A stretch of 35,562 bases of DNA from Candidatus Eiseniibacteriota bacterium. Its GTDB lineage: Bacteria; Eisenbacteria; RBG-16-71-46. The stretch spans positions 1 through 35,562 of the forward strand of contig JANMQY010000014.1 in NCBI GenBank assembly GCA_031370785.1. The letters are read 5' to 3'. This document shows positions 16,362 through 26,350 of the stretch, in pieces (position 1 is the first letter of the stretch; every line of letters begins with the position of its first letter). The notes under the pieces were generated by a model. The model was not told the origin of the DNA and made no database searches. It saw nothing but the letters and a program-made list of their open reading frames with translations. Position numbers and translations under genes: made by a program.

Positions 16362-18056
16362 GTGGCCAAGATCGTGGTGGTGACTGGTGGCGTGGTTTCG
16401 TCGCTCGGCAAGGGAATCGCCGCGGCGTCGCTCGGCGTGCTGCTCAAGGCCCGCGGGCTGCGCGTGACGCTGCAGAAGCTCGACCCCTACCTCAACATCG
16501 ATCCCGGGACGATGTCGCCGTTCCAGCACGGCGAAGTCTTCGTCACCGACGACGGGGCCGAGACCGACCTCGACCTGGGCCACTACGAGCGATTCACCGG
16601 CATCTCGGTCACGCGCAGCCACAACGTCACCGCCGGCCAGGTGTACGACTCGATCCTGTCCAAGGAGCGCCGCGGCGACTATCTGGGGCGTACGGTGCAG
16701 GTGATCCCGCACGTTACCGACGAGATCAAGCGCCGCATCATGGGCCTCGGGCTCGCGACCCAGGCCGACGTGCACATCGTCGAGATCGGCGGCACGGTGG
16801 GCGACATCGAGTCGCTGCCGTTCCTCGAGGCGGTGCGCCAGCTGCGGCTCGAGCACCGGCGCGACACCCTGTTCGTCCACGTCACGCTCGTGCCCTACAT
16901 CAAGGCGGCGGGCGAGATGAAGACCAAGCCGACCCAGCACTCGGTCAAGGAGCTGCGCGAGATCGGTATCCAGCCCGACGTGCTGCTGTGCCGGAGCGAA
17001 GCGCCGCTCACCTCCGAGCTGCGCGAGAAGATCGCGCTGTTCTGCAACCTGCCGACCGAGGCGGTGATCGGCGCGACCGACGTCGGCTCGATCTACGAAG
17101 TGCCGCACATGTTCCACGAGGGCGGTCTCGACACGCTGGTGGTCCGCGAGCTGGGACTCGATGCGGGCGACTGCGATCTCAAGGCGTGGGACGACTTCGT
17201 CTCGCGCGTCAAGCATCCCGAGAAGACCTGCGTGATCGGCGTGGTCGGCAAGTACACGCACGTGCGCGACGCCTACAAGAGCATCATCGAGGCGTTCGTG
17301 CATGCCGGCGCGGCGAACCGCGCGCGCGTCCAGCTGCGCTGGATCGAGGGTGAGGCGGTCGAGCAGAAGGGCGCCGCCGAATTCCTCGAGGACGTCGACG
17401 GCATCGTGGTTCCGGGCGGCTTCGGCGAGCGCGGCATCGAGGGCAAGGTGCTCGCGGCAGAGTACGCGCGCGAGCGCAGCATTCCGTATTTCGGCCTGTG
17501 CCTCGGCATGCAGGTCGCGACCATCGAATTCGCGCGGCACGTGGCCGGGCTCGAAGGCGCCAACTCGAGCGAGTTCGATGCTGCAACCGCACACAAGGTG
17601 ATCGACCTGATGCCAGATCAGTCGGGCATCACCGACAAGGGCGGCACCATGCGGCTCGGCGCCTACAAGTGCTCGCTGAAGGAGGGCAGTCTCGCCGCGC
17701 GCGCCTACGGGAAACTCGAGGTCGAGGAGCGTCACAGACACCGCTACGAGTTCAACAACCGCTACACCGCGCAGCTCCAGTCGCGCGGGCTCGTACTCTC
17801 GGGCAAGTGCGTCGGCCGCGAGCTGGTCGAGATCATCGAGCTGCCCGACCATCCGTGGTTCCTCGCGGTGCAGTTCCATCCCGAGCTCAAGTCGCGACCG
17901 CACGAGCCGCATCCGCTGTTCAAGGATTTCGTGCGCGCTTCGCTCGAGCGCCGCCGCGCGCGGCTGGGGAACGACCGCTACGACCCCGCGGCCGAGATCC
18001 CCGACACGCCCTCCGACGCGGAGACGGAGCCCTCCCGCGTGCACCGGTCGGCGTGA
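16362..18056 (+). CDS. pyrG: CTP synthase
   Basis: [61 protein letters not shown] before GTG. Confidence 0.98.
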   Translation: MAKIVVVTGGVVSSLGKGIAAASLGVLLKARGLRVTLQKLDPYLNIDPGTMSPFQHGEVFVTDDGAETDLDLGHYERFTGISVTRSHNVTAGQVYDSILSKERRGDYLGRTVQVIPHVTDEIKRRIMGLGLATQADVHIVEIGGTVGDIESLPFLEAVRQLRLEHRRDTLFVHVTLVPYIKAAGEMKTKPTQHSVKELREIGIQPDVLLCRSEAPLTSELREKIALFCNLPTEAVIGATDVGSIYEVPHMFHEGGLDTLVVRELGLDAGDCDLKAWDDFVSRVKHPEKTCVIGVVGKYTHVRDAYKSIIEAFVHAGAANRARVQLRWIEGEAVEQKGAAEFLEDVDGIVVPGGFGERGIEGKVLAAEYARERSIPYFGLCLGMQVATIEFARHVAGLEGANSSEFDAATAHKVIDLMPDQSGITDKGGTMRLGAYKCSLKEGSLAARAYGKLEVEERHRHRYEFNNRYTAQLQSRGLVLSGKCVGRELVEIIELPDHPWFLAVQFHPELKSRPHEPHPLFKDFVRASLERRRARLGNDRYDPAAEIPDTPSDAETEPSRVHRSA

Positions 18057-18874
18057 AGAAGTTCTCGATCGGCAGCGCCGAGGTCGGCGGCCCGCGCCTG
18101 TTCGTGATCGCGGGTCCATGCGTGATCGAGAGCGCCGAGCTGTGCCTGACCGTCGCCGCCCGGCTCAAGGAACTGTGCGCCGCGCGCGACCTGCCGTTCA
18201 TCTTCAAGTCCTCTTACCGCAAGGCGAACCGGTCGAGCGCTAAAGCATTTTCTGGGCTCGCGCCAGAAGACGCGCTCGGGGTCCTGGCGCGCGTCCGGCG
18301 TGAGGTCGGCGTGCCGGTGATCACCGATGTGCACGAGACCGGTGAGGTCGCCTCGGCGGCCGAGGTGGCGGACGCGCTGCAGATCCCGGCCTTCCTGTGC
18401 CGGCAGACCGCGTTGCTCGAGGCCGCAGCACGGACCGGCCGCGCAGTCAACGTGAAGAAGGGGCAGTTCCTCGCGCCCGCCGACATGGCGAACGTGGTCG
18501 AGAAGCTCACCGCGGTCGGCGGCACGAAGATCCTGCTCACCGAGCGAGGCACCACGTTCGGCTACGGCGATCTGGTGGTGGACATGCGCGGCCTCGCGAT
18601 CATGCGCGATCTCGGGTGGCCGGTGGTTTACGACGCCACGCATAGTCTGCAGCGCCCGGGCGGCGCCGAGACCCAGGGCGACCGCCGCTTCGCGCGACCG
18701 CTGATGCGCGCCGCGATCGCGGCCGGAGTCGATGGGCTGTTCTTCGAGACCCATCCCGACCCCGCGCACGCGAAGAGCGATGTCGCGACCCAGCTTCCGC
18801 TGGAAGAGGCCGCTGCCTTCCTCGACGAGGCGGTGCGCGTGCGCGACGCCGCGGGCGGCCGCGCGCATGTCTGA
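18053..18874 (+). CDS. kdsA: KDO8P synthase
   Basis: [43 protein letters not shown] overlap with pyrG. Confidence 0.96.
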   Translation: MKKFSIGSAEVGGPRLFVIAGPCVIESAELCLTVAARLKELCAARDLPFIFKSSYRKANRSSAKAFSGLAPEDALGVLARVRREVGVPVITDVHETGEVASAAEVADALQIPAFLCRQTALLEAAARTGRAVNVKKGQFLAPADMANVVEKLTAVGGTKILLTERGTTFGYGDLVVDMRGLAIMRDLGWPVVYDATHSLQRPGGAETQGDRRFARPLMRAAIAAGVDGLFFETHPDPAHAKSDVATQLPLEEAAAFLDEAVRVRDAAGGRAHV

Positions 18875-19409
18875 GCCGGGCACTCTCGGCGGCGCTCCGG
18901 CGCCGATCGCGCATCCGGTGCGCATCCTGTTCCTCGACGTGGACGGCACCCTGACCGACGGCGTCATCGGCTTCACCTCCACCGGCGACTTCCGGAATTT
19001 CTGGGTGCGCGACGGTCTCGCGCTCGACTGGGCGCGCGAGCTGGGAGTGCTGCCGGTGGTGATCTCGGGGCGGGCCTCGATTGCGGTTGGAGCTCGCATG
19101 GATGATCTCAGGCTCGAGCACTACCTCGGAATCAAGGACAAGGTCGCGGTGGCCGAGCGCGTGCTCGCGCGCGAAGGCGTGCGCTGGAACGAGTGCGTCA
19201 TGGTGGGCGACGATCTTCCGGATGTTCCAATGCTCAAGCGAGTCGGCTGGCCGATCGCGGTGGCCGACGCGGCGCCCGAGTTGCTGCCGCTGGTCAAGAG
19301 CGTGACCCGCGCGCGCGCCGGCTTTGGCGCGGTGCGCGAGGTGGTCGAGGTCGTGCTGAAGCACAACGGCGTGTGGGACCAGGTCCTCGCGCGCTACGAG
19401 GCCAGATGA
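18867..19409 (+). CDS. kdsC: KDO8P phosphatase (HAD)
   Basis: LDVDGTLTDG, RDGL, ISGR, VGDDLPD, GFGAVRE. Confidence 0.93.
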   Translation: MSEPGTLGGAPAPIAHPVRILFLDVDGTLTDGVIGFTSTGDFRNFWVRDGLALDWARELGVLPVVISGRASIAVGARMDDLRLEHYLGIKDKVAVAERVLAREGVRWNECVMVGDDLPDVPMLKRVGWPIAVADAAPELLPLVKSVTRARAGFGAVREVVEVVLKHNGVWDQVLARYEAR

Positions 19410-20377
19410 GCCGTCCGCCGCTCGATCTCGCGCGCGAGGTGATTCGCACCGAGGCGGCCGCGGTGGCCGCGCTCGAAGGGCGGCTCGGCGAGTCCTTCGT
19501 GCGCGCGGTCGAGATCCTCGCCGCGTGCCGGGGCAAGGTGATCGTGGCCGGCGTCGGCAAGAGCGGCCTGCTCGCCCACAAGCTCGCGGCGACCCTGACC
19601 AGCACCGGCACACCGGCGGTGTTCCTGCACCCGGCCGACGCACTGCACGGCGACGCCGGACTGTTCAGCCCGGGCGATGTGGCGCTGTTCGTCTCCAAGA
19701 GCGGGGCGAGCGAGGAACTGCTGGCGCTCTTGCCGTATCTCGAGCGCCACGGCATTCCGCTGGTGAGCATCCTCGCGACCGAGACCTCGCCGCTCGCGAA
19801 GAAGAGCGCGGCCGCGCTCGTGACCGGCCCGCTGCGCGAGGCGTGCCCGATGGACCTGACGCCGACCACCAGCATTACGCTCGCCCAGGTGATGGGGGAT
19901 TGCCTCGCGGTCGTGCTGCTCGAGCGCCGCGGCTTTCAACCCGACGACTTCCGATTCCTGCACCCGGGAGGAGTCCTCGGGCGCGCCGCATCGCGGCGCG
20001 TGGGCGAGCTGATGCACTCGGGTGATGCGCTGCCGCAGGTCGCGCTCGGCGCCAAGCTGCACGATGTGATGCTCGAGATCATGAACAAGCGGATTGGCAT
20101 GACCACGGTCGTCAATGGCGACGGCACCCTGGCCGGCGTGATCAGCGACGGCGACTTCAAGCGCATCCTGGTCAAGCATCCGGATCCCTGGAAGCTGAGC
20201 GCCCGCGAGGTGATGAACGCGACGCCGACCACGATCGGCAGCGACGCGCTGATTGCGGCCGCGGTGCGCGCGATGGAAGAGCGCCCGGGTGGCCCGATCA
20301 CCGCTCTGGTCGTCGTGGATGGTGCGCGCAAGGCGACCGGGGTCCTTCATCTTCACGACTGCCTGCGCGGCGGCTGA
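19406..20377 (+). CDS. kdsD: Arabinose-5-phosphate isomerase (KpsF/GutQ; SIS plus two CBS)
   Basis: GVGKSG, STGTPAVFLHP..ALHGD, SKSG, REACP..LTPTTS, HPGG.LG, C-terminal LHLHD. Confidence 0.94.
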   Translation: MSRPPLDLAREVIRTEAAAVAALEGRLGESFVRAVEILAACRGKVIVAGVGKSGLLAHKLAATLTSTGTPAVFLHPADALHGDAGLFSPGDVALFVSKSGASEELLALLPYLERHGIPLVSILATETSPLAKKSAAALVTGPLREACPMDLTPTTSITLAQVMGDCLAVVLLERRGFQPDDFRFLHPGGVLGRAASRRVGELMHSGDALPQVALGAKLHDVMLEIMNKRIGMTTVVNGDGTLAGVISDGDFKRILVKHPDPWKLSAREVMNATPTTIGSDALIAAAVRAMEERPGGPITALVVVDGARKATGVLHLHDCLRGG

Positions 20378-20391
20378 GCGAGATTGTAGAA

Positions 20392-20952
20392 ATGGGTGTG
20401 CGTCTGTTCACGGTCGGGCACTCGAACCGGGCCCTCGATCAGTTCATGGCCCTGCTGCGAGGCGCTTCGATCGAATTGCTGGCGGACGTGCGTCGCTGGC
20501 CACGCTCCAGACGCTACCCGCACTTCAATGGCGAGCGCCTGAGCGCCTCGCTCGAGGCGTCCGGCCTCCGTTACGCGCATCACGAGGCGCTCGGAGGGAT
20601 GCGCGAGCCGCGCGCGGACTCGGAGAACGGGGCGCTGCGCGAGGTGGCGTTTCGCGGGTACGCGGATCACATGCTGGGCGCGGTTTTCCAGGATGAGGTG
20701 GATCAAATCGTGCGGTTCGCCTCGACCGCGCGCGTTGCCCTGATGTGCGCCGAGGCGCGGCCCGAGCAGTGTCATCGCCGTCTGATCGCGGACGCGCTGT
20801 TCGCGCGTGGCGCCCAGGTCGCGCACATCGTGGACGGCGGCGAACCCATCGAGCACGCCCTCTCGGCGGGAGCGCGGATCGACGCAGGGCGTGTGACCTA
20901 CCCCAATCTCGCCGCCCGGCACCCGGAGTTGTTCGACTCTCAGGCCGGATAG
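20392..20952 (+). CDS. DUF488 family protein
   Basis: FTVGHSNR, DVRRWPRSR, LGG, ALMCAE...CHRRLIAD. Confidence 0.88.
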   Translation: MGVRLFTVGHSNRALDQFMALLRGASIELLADVRRWPRSRRYPHFNGERLSASLEASGLRYAHHEALGGMREPRADSENGALREVAFRGYADHMLGAVFQDEVDQIVRFASTARVALMCAEARPEQCHRRLIADALFARGAQVAHIVDGGEPIEHALSAGARIDAGRVTYPNLAARHPELFDSQAG

Positions 20953-21086
20953 AGCCATCCAAAGTCGTCGGGCTCCGTCCGATTCGGGTCGGAGTCCGTC
21001 GCTCGCTCGTCGGGGCCTGCTTCGCGCACGTCAAGTTCCCGGACGGAAGCCCCGATAACCCTTGTGCGGTGCCGTTCGCACGGTTC

Positions 21087-21130
21087 TGGCATAGCGCGTG
21101 CTTGCGGCTCCAACGACCCTTTGCTAGCGT
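21087..21130 (+). promoter_or_regulatory. Overlapping sigma54-like site and sigma70 promoter upstream of lptC-lptB-rpoN
   Basis: TGGCAT-AGCGC-GTGCT (GG-N10-GC, 21087-21102) abuts TTGCGG-N17-TAGCGT (21102-21130), which has an extended TG. Confidence 0.55.
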
Positions 21131-21180
21131 GGGTATCGTCATTCAGTCGACACCCAGGTCCCCCAGCCCGGATTGACTTC

Positions 21181-21768
21181 ATGCGACTTTCCCACGCTTG
21201 GCACCGATCGGTCGTGCGCTTCGCCGCGATGGCGCTGGCGCTCTCAATGGTGATCGGTTGCGGACGCCAGCGCTCGGTCGGCCCCACCGCCTCGACCGGT
21301 GAGCTGCCCGACCAGGAGGTGAGCGACTTCGTGCTCACCGAGACCGATCAGGGCAACGTTCAGTGGACGCTCTACGCCCGCTACGCCGCCACGTTCACCA
21401 GCCGCAACGTGACAACCGCGCGCGGAGTGCGGGTCGACTTCTTCGACACCAAGGGCAAGAAGAGTTCCGAGCTGACCGCGCGCGAAGGCGAGATCAACGA
21501 ACGCACCCACGACATGATCGCCCGCGGTAACGTGGTTTTGCAGAGCGCGGAAGGCACGCGCATGTCGACCCAGTCGATGCGCTTCCTCAACCGCAGCCAG
21601 AAGATCGTTTCGGACGAATTCGTGAGGGTGGAACGGGGCGGAGACGTGCTGACCGGGTATGGATTCGAGAGCGACCCGGAGCTGCGCCACTTCGAGTTCA
21701 AGCGCAAGGTCAATGCGACGGTGCGCACCAGCTCGGGCGGCGCGATCGGCAGCGGAGCCAACAAGTGA
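21181..21768 (+). CDS. lptC: LPS export protein LptC, apparently a lipoprotein
   Basis: VIG-C lipobox, beta-jellyroll-like pattern (GVRVDFFD...LTAREG...ARGNVV...GYGFESD), directly upstream of lptB. Confidence 0.85.
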   Translation: MRLSHAWHRSVVRFAAMALALSMVIGCGRQRSVGPTASTGELPDQEVSDFVLTETDQGNVQWTLYARYAATFTSRNVTTARGVRVDFFDTKGKKSSELTAREGEINERTHDMIARGNVVLQSAEGTRMSTQSMRFLNRSQKIVSDEFVRVERGGDVLTGYGFESDPELRHFEFKRKVNATVRTSSGGAIGSGANK

Positions 21769-22514
21769 GCGCCGCCGCGCCCGACATCGGTGGGGACGGC
21801 CTCGTCGCAGAGCATCTGGTGCGCTACTACGGAAAGTGGCGCGTGGTCAGCGACGTGACGATTCAGGTGAAGCGCGGCGAGGTGGTCGGGCTGCTCGGGC
21901 CCAACGGCGCCGGCAAAACGACGTCGTTCTACATGATCGTTGGTTTGCTCCGTCCTGCAGAAGGGCGGATTGTTCTGGAGGGACGGGACATCACGGATGA
22001 ACCCGTCTATCGCCGGGCGCGCATGGGCCTCGGCTATCTGGCGCAGGAGCCGAGCATCTTTCGGCGGCTCAGCGTTCGCGACAACGTACTGGCGGTGCTC
22101 GAAACCATGCTGCTCTCGAATGCCGAGCGCGAGGAACGTTTGAAGAAGCTGCTGGATGATCTCAATCTCACGCACCTCGCCGACCGTCTCGCCAGCAAGC
22201 TGTCGGGCGGCGAGCGGCGTCGAGTCGAGATCACCCGGGCGCTCGCGCGCGAGCCGCACTACATGCTGCTCGACGAGCCGTTCGTCGGCATCGATCCGAT
22301 CGCGGTGTCCGAGATCCAGGACATCGTCGGGCGGTTGCGGGACCGAGGCATCGGGGTATTGATCACCGACCACAACGTCCGGGAGACTCTGCGCATCACC
22401 GACCGGGCGTACATCATGTATGAGGGGCGCATCCTCCTGCAGGGAACGGCAGAGGAACTGGCGAACGACGCGAGAGCGCGCGAAATCTATCTGGGCGAGC
22501 GGTTCAGCCTCTAA
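21765..22514 (+). CDS. lptB: LPS export ABC transporter ATPase
   Basis: GLLGPNGAGKTT, GYLAQEPSIF, LSGGERRRVEI, LLDEPF, ITDHNVRETL, YLGERFSL. Confidence 0.96.
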   Translation: MSAAAPDIGGDGLVAEHLVRYYGKWRVVSDVTIQVKRGEVVGLLGPNGAGKTTSFYMIVGLLRPAEGRIVLEGRDITDEPVYRRARMGLGYLAQEPSIFRRLSVRDNVLAVLETMLLSNAEREERLKKLLDDLNLTHLADRLASKLSGGERRRVEITRALAREPHYMLLDEPFVGIDPIAVSEIQDIVGRLRDRGIGVLITDHNVRETLRITDRAYIMYEGRILLQGTAEELANDARAREIYLGERFSL

Positions 22515-22530
22515 CCACGGAAACGCCACC

Positions 22531-23967
22531 ATGGAAATGAAACACTCTCTCAACCTCAGCATGCGCCCGGCGCTGATCATGACGCCGCGGCTGCAACAGG
22601 CGCTCAAGCTCCTCCAGGTGCCGACCATCGAGCTGCAGCAGATCCTCAAGCAGGAGATCCTGCAGAATCCGCTCCTCGAAGAGGTGGATGAAGTCGCCGA
22701 AAGCGACGATCTGGCCTCCGAGGATTCGCCTGAGGAAAAGGCGAACGAGGAGAGCGAGGATCCGACCGAAGAGGATCCGATCGACTGGAGCGACTACATG
22801 CAGGATGGCGCCCTCGATCGCACCTACGTGCCCGCGAGCGAGGCGGCCACCGAGTTCCTCGAGAAGGTGCAGGTCACGCGCACGTCGCTGGCCGAGTCCC
22901 TGCTCGAGCAACTGCACTTCCTGAAGCTGCCGCACGCGACCATGCAGCTCGCCGAATTCCTGGTGGGATCGCTCGACGATCGCGGCTGGCTGGCGACTCC
23001 GCTCGAGCAGGTCGCCGAGCAGACCGAGCGCAGCCCGGAAGAGTGCGAGAGCGTGCTGCGCGTGATCCAGGCGCTGGAGCCGGTCGGAGTCGGCGCGCGC
23101 GACCTGCGCGAGTGCCTGCTGATCCAGCTCGAGGCGAAGGGCCTCAAGGACTCACTGCCGTGGCGCCTGATCTACGAGCAGTTCGACAACCTGGTCAATC
23201 GCCGCTTCCCCGAGATCGCGCGTCAGCTCAAGTGCACAGTCGAAGCGGTGCAGGGGGCGGCCGACGCGATCGCGACCCTCAATCCCCGTCCGGGCCTCCA
23301 AGTTTCCGCGGAGGATCCCAAGTACGTGGTGCCGGATCTGCTGGTCGAGCGGATCGACGACGAATACCTGGTGCTGCTCAACGACCGGCACGTGCCGCGG
23401 CTGCGCATCTCCTCGGCCTACGAGGGCGTGCTGCGCGACAAGAAGAAGGCCGACTGCACCGATGGCGAGGCCAAGACCCGCGAATACATCCAGGGCAAGC
23501 TCAACTCGGCACGCTGGCTGATCCAGACCATCGAGCAGCGGCGCCGGACCATGATCAAGGTGATGAGCTGCATCATTCGAGAGCAACGCGACTTCTTCGA
23601 CAAGGGGATCGCATTCCTGCGGCCGCTGACCCTGCAGCAGGTCGCGCGGCAGATCGACATGCACGAGTCCACGGTGAGCCGGGTGTGCAGCGGCAAGTAC
23701 GCACAGACGCCGCGCGGCGTCTTCGAGATGAAGTTCTTCTTCTCGAGCGGACTCGAGACCGAGGACGGCGAAGATGTTTCGGCCCGGACCGCCAAGGACA
23801 TCATCCGGACACTGATCGAGGAGGAGGACAAGAAGGAACCGTTTTCCGACCAGCACATTGCGGAGCTGCTTCACGAGAAGGGGCTTCGTATCGCGCGACG
23901 CACGGTCGCCAAGTACCGCGAACAACTCAGCATCCTGCCGGCACGCTTCCGCCGGCGGGTCGCCTGA
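22531..23967 (+). CDS. rpoN: RNA polymerase sigma-54 factor
   Basis: MTPRLQQALKLLQ, MHESTVSR helix-turn-helix, RpoN box ARRTVAKYRE. Confidence 0.97.
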   Translation: MEMKHSLNLSMRPALIMTPRLQQALKLLQVPTIELQQILKQEILQNPLLEEVDEVAESDDLASEDSPEEKANEESEDPTEEDPIDWSDYMQDGALDRTYVPASEAATEFLEKVQVTRTSLAESLLEQLHFLKLPHATMQLAEFLVGSLDDRGWLATPLEQVAEQTERSPEECESVLRVIQALEPVGVGARDLRECLLIQLEAKGLKDSLPWRLIYEQFDNLVNRRFPEIARQLKCTVEAVQGAADAIATLNPRPGLQVSAEDPKYVVPDLLVERIDDEYLVLLNDRHVPRLRISSAYEGVLRDKKKADCTDGEAKTREYIQGKLNSARWLIQTIEQRRRTMIKVMSCIIREQRDFFDKGIAFLRPLTLQQVARQIDMHESTVSRVCSGKYAQTPRGVFEMKFFFSSGLETEDGEDVSARTAKDIIRTLIEEEDKKEPFSDQHIAELLHEKGLRIARRTVAKYREQLSILPARFRRRVA

Positions 23968-24046
23968 TCGACGAGGGACGCGCGGGCCGGCACCGAAGGG
24001 CGCTGCGCCGCGACCGCCTGGGCCGGCGGCGGGGGAAGGGGGGGAC

Positions 24047-24433
24047 ATGCTGATCAACATCACCGCACGGCATTGCGAGCTGGATCCGGATGTCCGTCAG
24101 TTCGCCGAGCACCGCATGGAGAAATTCCAGCGCTTCGCGAGGGACATTCGCGAGGCCCATCTGATCGTCAGCTGCGAGAAATACCGCTACTCGGCCGAGG
24201 TCACGCTCAAGCTCAACCATCACGACGTGGTCAGCCGCGAAGAGGCGACCGAGCCGCGCGCCGCGATCGACCTGACCGCGGATCACATCGAGGAGCAGCT
24301 GCGCCGGCTGAAGGACCGTCGGGTGGACCGCAAGCGCGAGGGGCCAAGTGGCGAGACGTGGGCGGACAATACGCCCGAATCCGAAGGCGGAAGCCAGTCC
24401 GAATCGACCGCCGGCCACGCTGGGGAGGAATGA
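24047..24433 (+). CDS. hpf: Ribosome hibernation promoting factor (short form, acidic tail)
   Basis: INITARHCEL...AAIDLTADHIEEQLRRLKDR; follows rpoN. Confidence 0.9.
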   Translation: MLINITARHCELDPDVRQFAEHRMEKFQRFARDIREAHLIVSCEKYRYSAEVTLKLNHHDVVSREEATEPRAAIDLTADHIEEQLRRLKDRRVDRKREGPSGETWADNTPESEGGSQSESTAGHAGEE

Positions 24434-24439
24434 CGCCGC

Positions 24440-25411
24440 GTGCAGACGCTGAGTGTGGCGCGCCTGTTCGAAGATCAGCAGCAGGAGCTGCAGCTGGAGC
24501 AGCTCACCGAGTCGCTCGCTTCCTCGCGTGAGATCACCGTCAGCGACATCCACCGCCCGGGCATGGCGCTCATGGGATTCGTCGAGAATTTCCTTCCCGA
24601 GCGCATCCAGATCCTCGCCCAGACCGAGCTGACCTATCTCGCATCGCTTCCGCCCCAGGCCGTGCGCGAAGCGATCGACCGGCTGTTCCAGTTCTCGATG
24701 CCGCTGATCGTCGTGTGCAAAGGCCTCGAGGTTCCGCCCTACCTGATCCAGCGCGCGAACCAGACCCAGGTGCCGGTGCTGCGCACGCCGCAGAGCACCA
24801 CGCCGTTCATCCACTCGCTGACCCTGTACCTGGATCACATGTTCGCGCCCGCGCACACCGTGCACGGCTCGCTGGTCGACGTGTACGGATGCGGGCTGCT
24901 GTTCACCGGTCGCAGCGCGATCGGCAAGTCCGAGACCGCGCTGGACCTGGTCGAGCGCGGCCACCGGCTGGTGGCGGATGATGTCGTGACCATCACCAAG
25001 CGCCACGGCGACGTGCTGATCGGGTCCGGGAATCAGTTGCTGCGCCACCATATGGAGATCCGCGGCCTCGGAATCATCGACGTCCAGGCGATCTTCGGGA
25101 TCCGCTCGATCCGCCTCCAGAAACGCGTGGAGGTCGAAGTGAATCTGAGGGAGTGGTCGGCGGAGGAGGATTACGAGCGGGTGGGCATCGACGAGCGCAA
25201 GACCTCGGTGCTCGGGGTCGAGATTCCGCTGGTGCAGGTGCCGATCACGCCGGGCAAGAACATCACGGTCATCGCGGAAGTCATCGCGCTGAACTATCTG
25301 GTCAAGGTCACCGGCGGCTATTCGCCGGCCGAACGCCTGAATCAGCACCTGATCGAGCTGATGAAGCGCAAGAGCGCCGCACGCTCGTGGGTGCGAGAGG
25401 ATACGGAATGA
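24440..25411 (+). CDS. hprK: HPr(Ser) kinase/phosphorylase
   Basis: HGSLVDVYG.G, GRSAIGKSE, ERGHRLVADD, MEIRGLGIID. Confidence 0.96.
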   Translation: MQTLSVARLFEDQQQELQLEQLTESLASSREITVSDIHRPGMALMGFVENFLPERIQILAQTELTYLASLPPQAVREAIDRLFQFSMPLIVVCKGLEVPPYLIQRANQTQVPVLRTPQSTTPFIHSLTLYLDHMFAPAHTVHGSLVDVYGCGLLFTGRSAIGKSETALDLVERGHRLVADDVVTITKRHGDVLIGSGNQLLRHHMEIRGLGIIDVQAIFGIRSIRLQKRVEVEVNLREWSAEEDYERVGIDERKTSVLGVEIPLVQVPITPGKNITVIAEVIALNYLVKVTGGYSPAERLNQHLIELMKRKSAARSWVREDTE

Positions 25412-25457
25412 GATCGCGGTTCGAAAACGACGCTGCGCACGGAACGGGAGGGATGTG

Positions 25458-25871
25458 ATGCCCCGCGTTCCCGCGCTGCTGGTCATGCACGCCGATCTGG
25501 CCGCGGCACTGCTGCGCGCTGCGGAGACGGTATACGGCTCGATCGAGAACGTGGAGGTCCTCTCCAACGAGGGCGAATCGCGCGAGACGCTCGAGCAGGC
25601 CATCGTCGAGCGAACCGAAGGGTGGAGCGAGGGCGGGCTGGTGCTGACCGATTTCTGGGGCGGCTCGTGCCACATCTGCGGCATGGCCGCGGCGCGCCGC
25701 CCGACCGCTGCGGGAACTCGCGGCGAGCTCATCATCGTCACCGGCTTGAACCTGCCCACGCTCCTCGATTACCTGCACAATCGCGAGCAGTATGGGCTGC
25801 AGGAGCTGGCCGAGCGCCTTCAGAAGAAGGGACAGGAAAGCATCCGTCTGCAACGCGGCCAGACGGCATGA
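25458..25871 (+). CDS. PTS mannose/fructose family EIIA
   Basis: N-terminal phospho-His (VMHADLA), LVLTDFWGGS, TGLNLPTL. Alternative start GTG 25455. Confidence 0.88.
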   Translation: MPRVPALLVMHADLAAALLRAAETVYGSIENVEVLSNEGESRETLEQAIVERTEGWSEGGLVLTDFWGGSCHICGMAAARRPTAAGTRGELIIVTGLNLPTLLDYLHNREQYGLQELAERLQKKGQESIRLQRGQTA

Positions 25872-26350
25872 GCTGGTTGAATCATCGCGTGGACGATCGC
25901 CTGATTCACGGTCAGGTGGTGATCGCATGGGGCGAGCGCCTTCGCCCGCGCCGGCTGTGGGTGGTGGACGATCTGTCGGCGGCGAATGCCTGGGAGCGCG
26001 ACCTGCTCTCGAGCGCCGCGCCCGGCATCGAGGTGCGCGTGCTCACCGCCGCCGAGGCCGCCGCGGGATATGCTGCCGCCGCGCTCGAACCGGCCCCCGG
26101 CATGCTGGTGGTGCGCGACCTCGCGACCGCGCTCGCGCTGGTCGAGGCCGGCGCCACGATTCCGATGTTCACCCTCGGCGGACTCCACTACTCACCCGGC
26201 AAGGACAAGGTCAACGAGTACGTCTACCTCGATGCCGCCGACCGCGAGCGGGCGCGTGCGCTCCTCGCGCGAGGCGTGGCGCTCGAGGTGCAGGACGTGC
26301 CGGCGAGTCGCGCGCTTTCCCTGAGCGCGCTCGATCCGACGCTGGCGTGA
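25868..26350 (+). CDS. PTS mannose/sorbose family EIIB
   Basis: RVDDRLIHGQV signature; ATGA overlap with EIIA. Confidence 0.92.
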   Translation: MSWLNHRVDDRLIHGQVVIAWGERLRPRRLWVVDDLSAANAWERDLLSSAAPGIEVRVLTAAEAAAGYAAAALEPAPGMLVVRDLATALALVEAGATIPMFTLGGLHYSPGKDKVNEYVYLDAADRERARALLARGVALEVQDVPASRALSLSALDPTLA

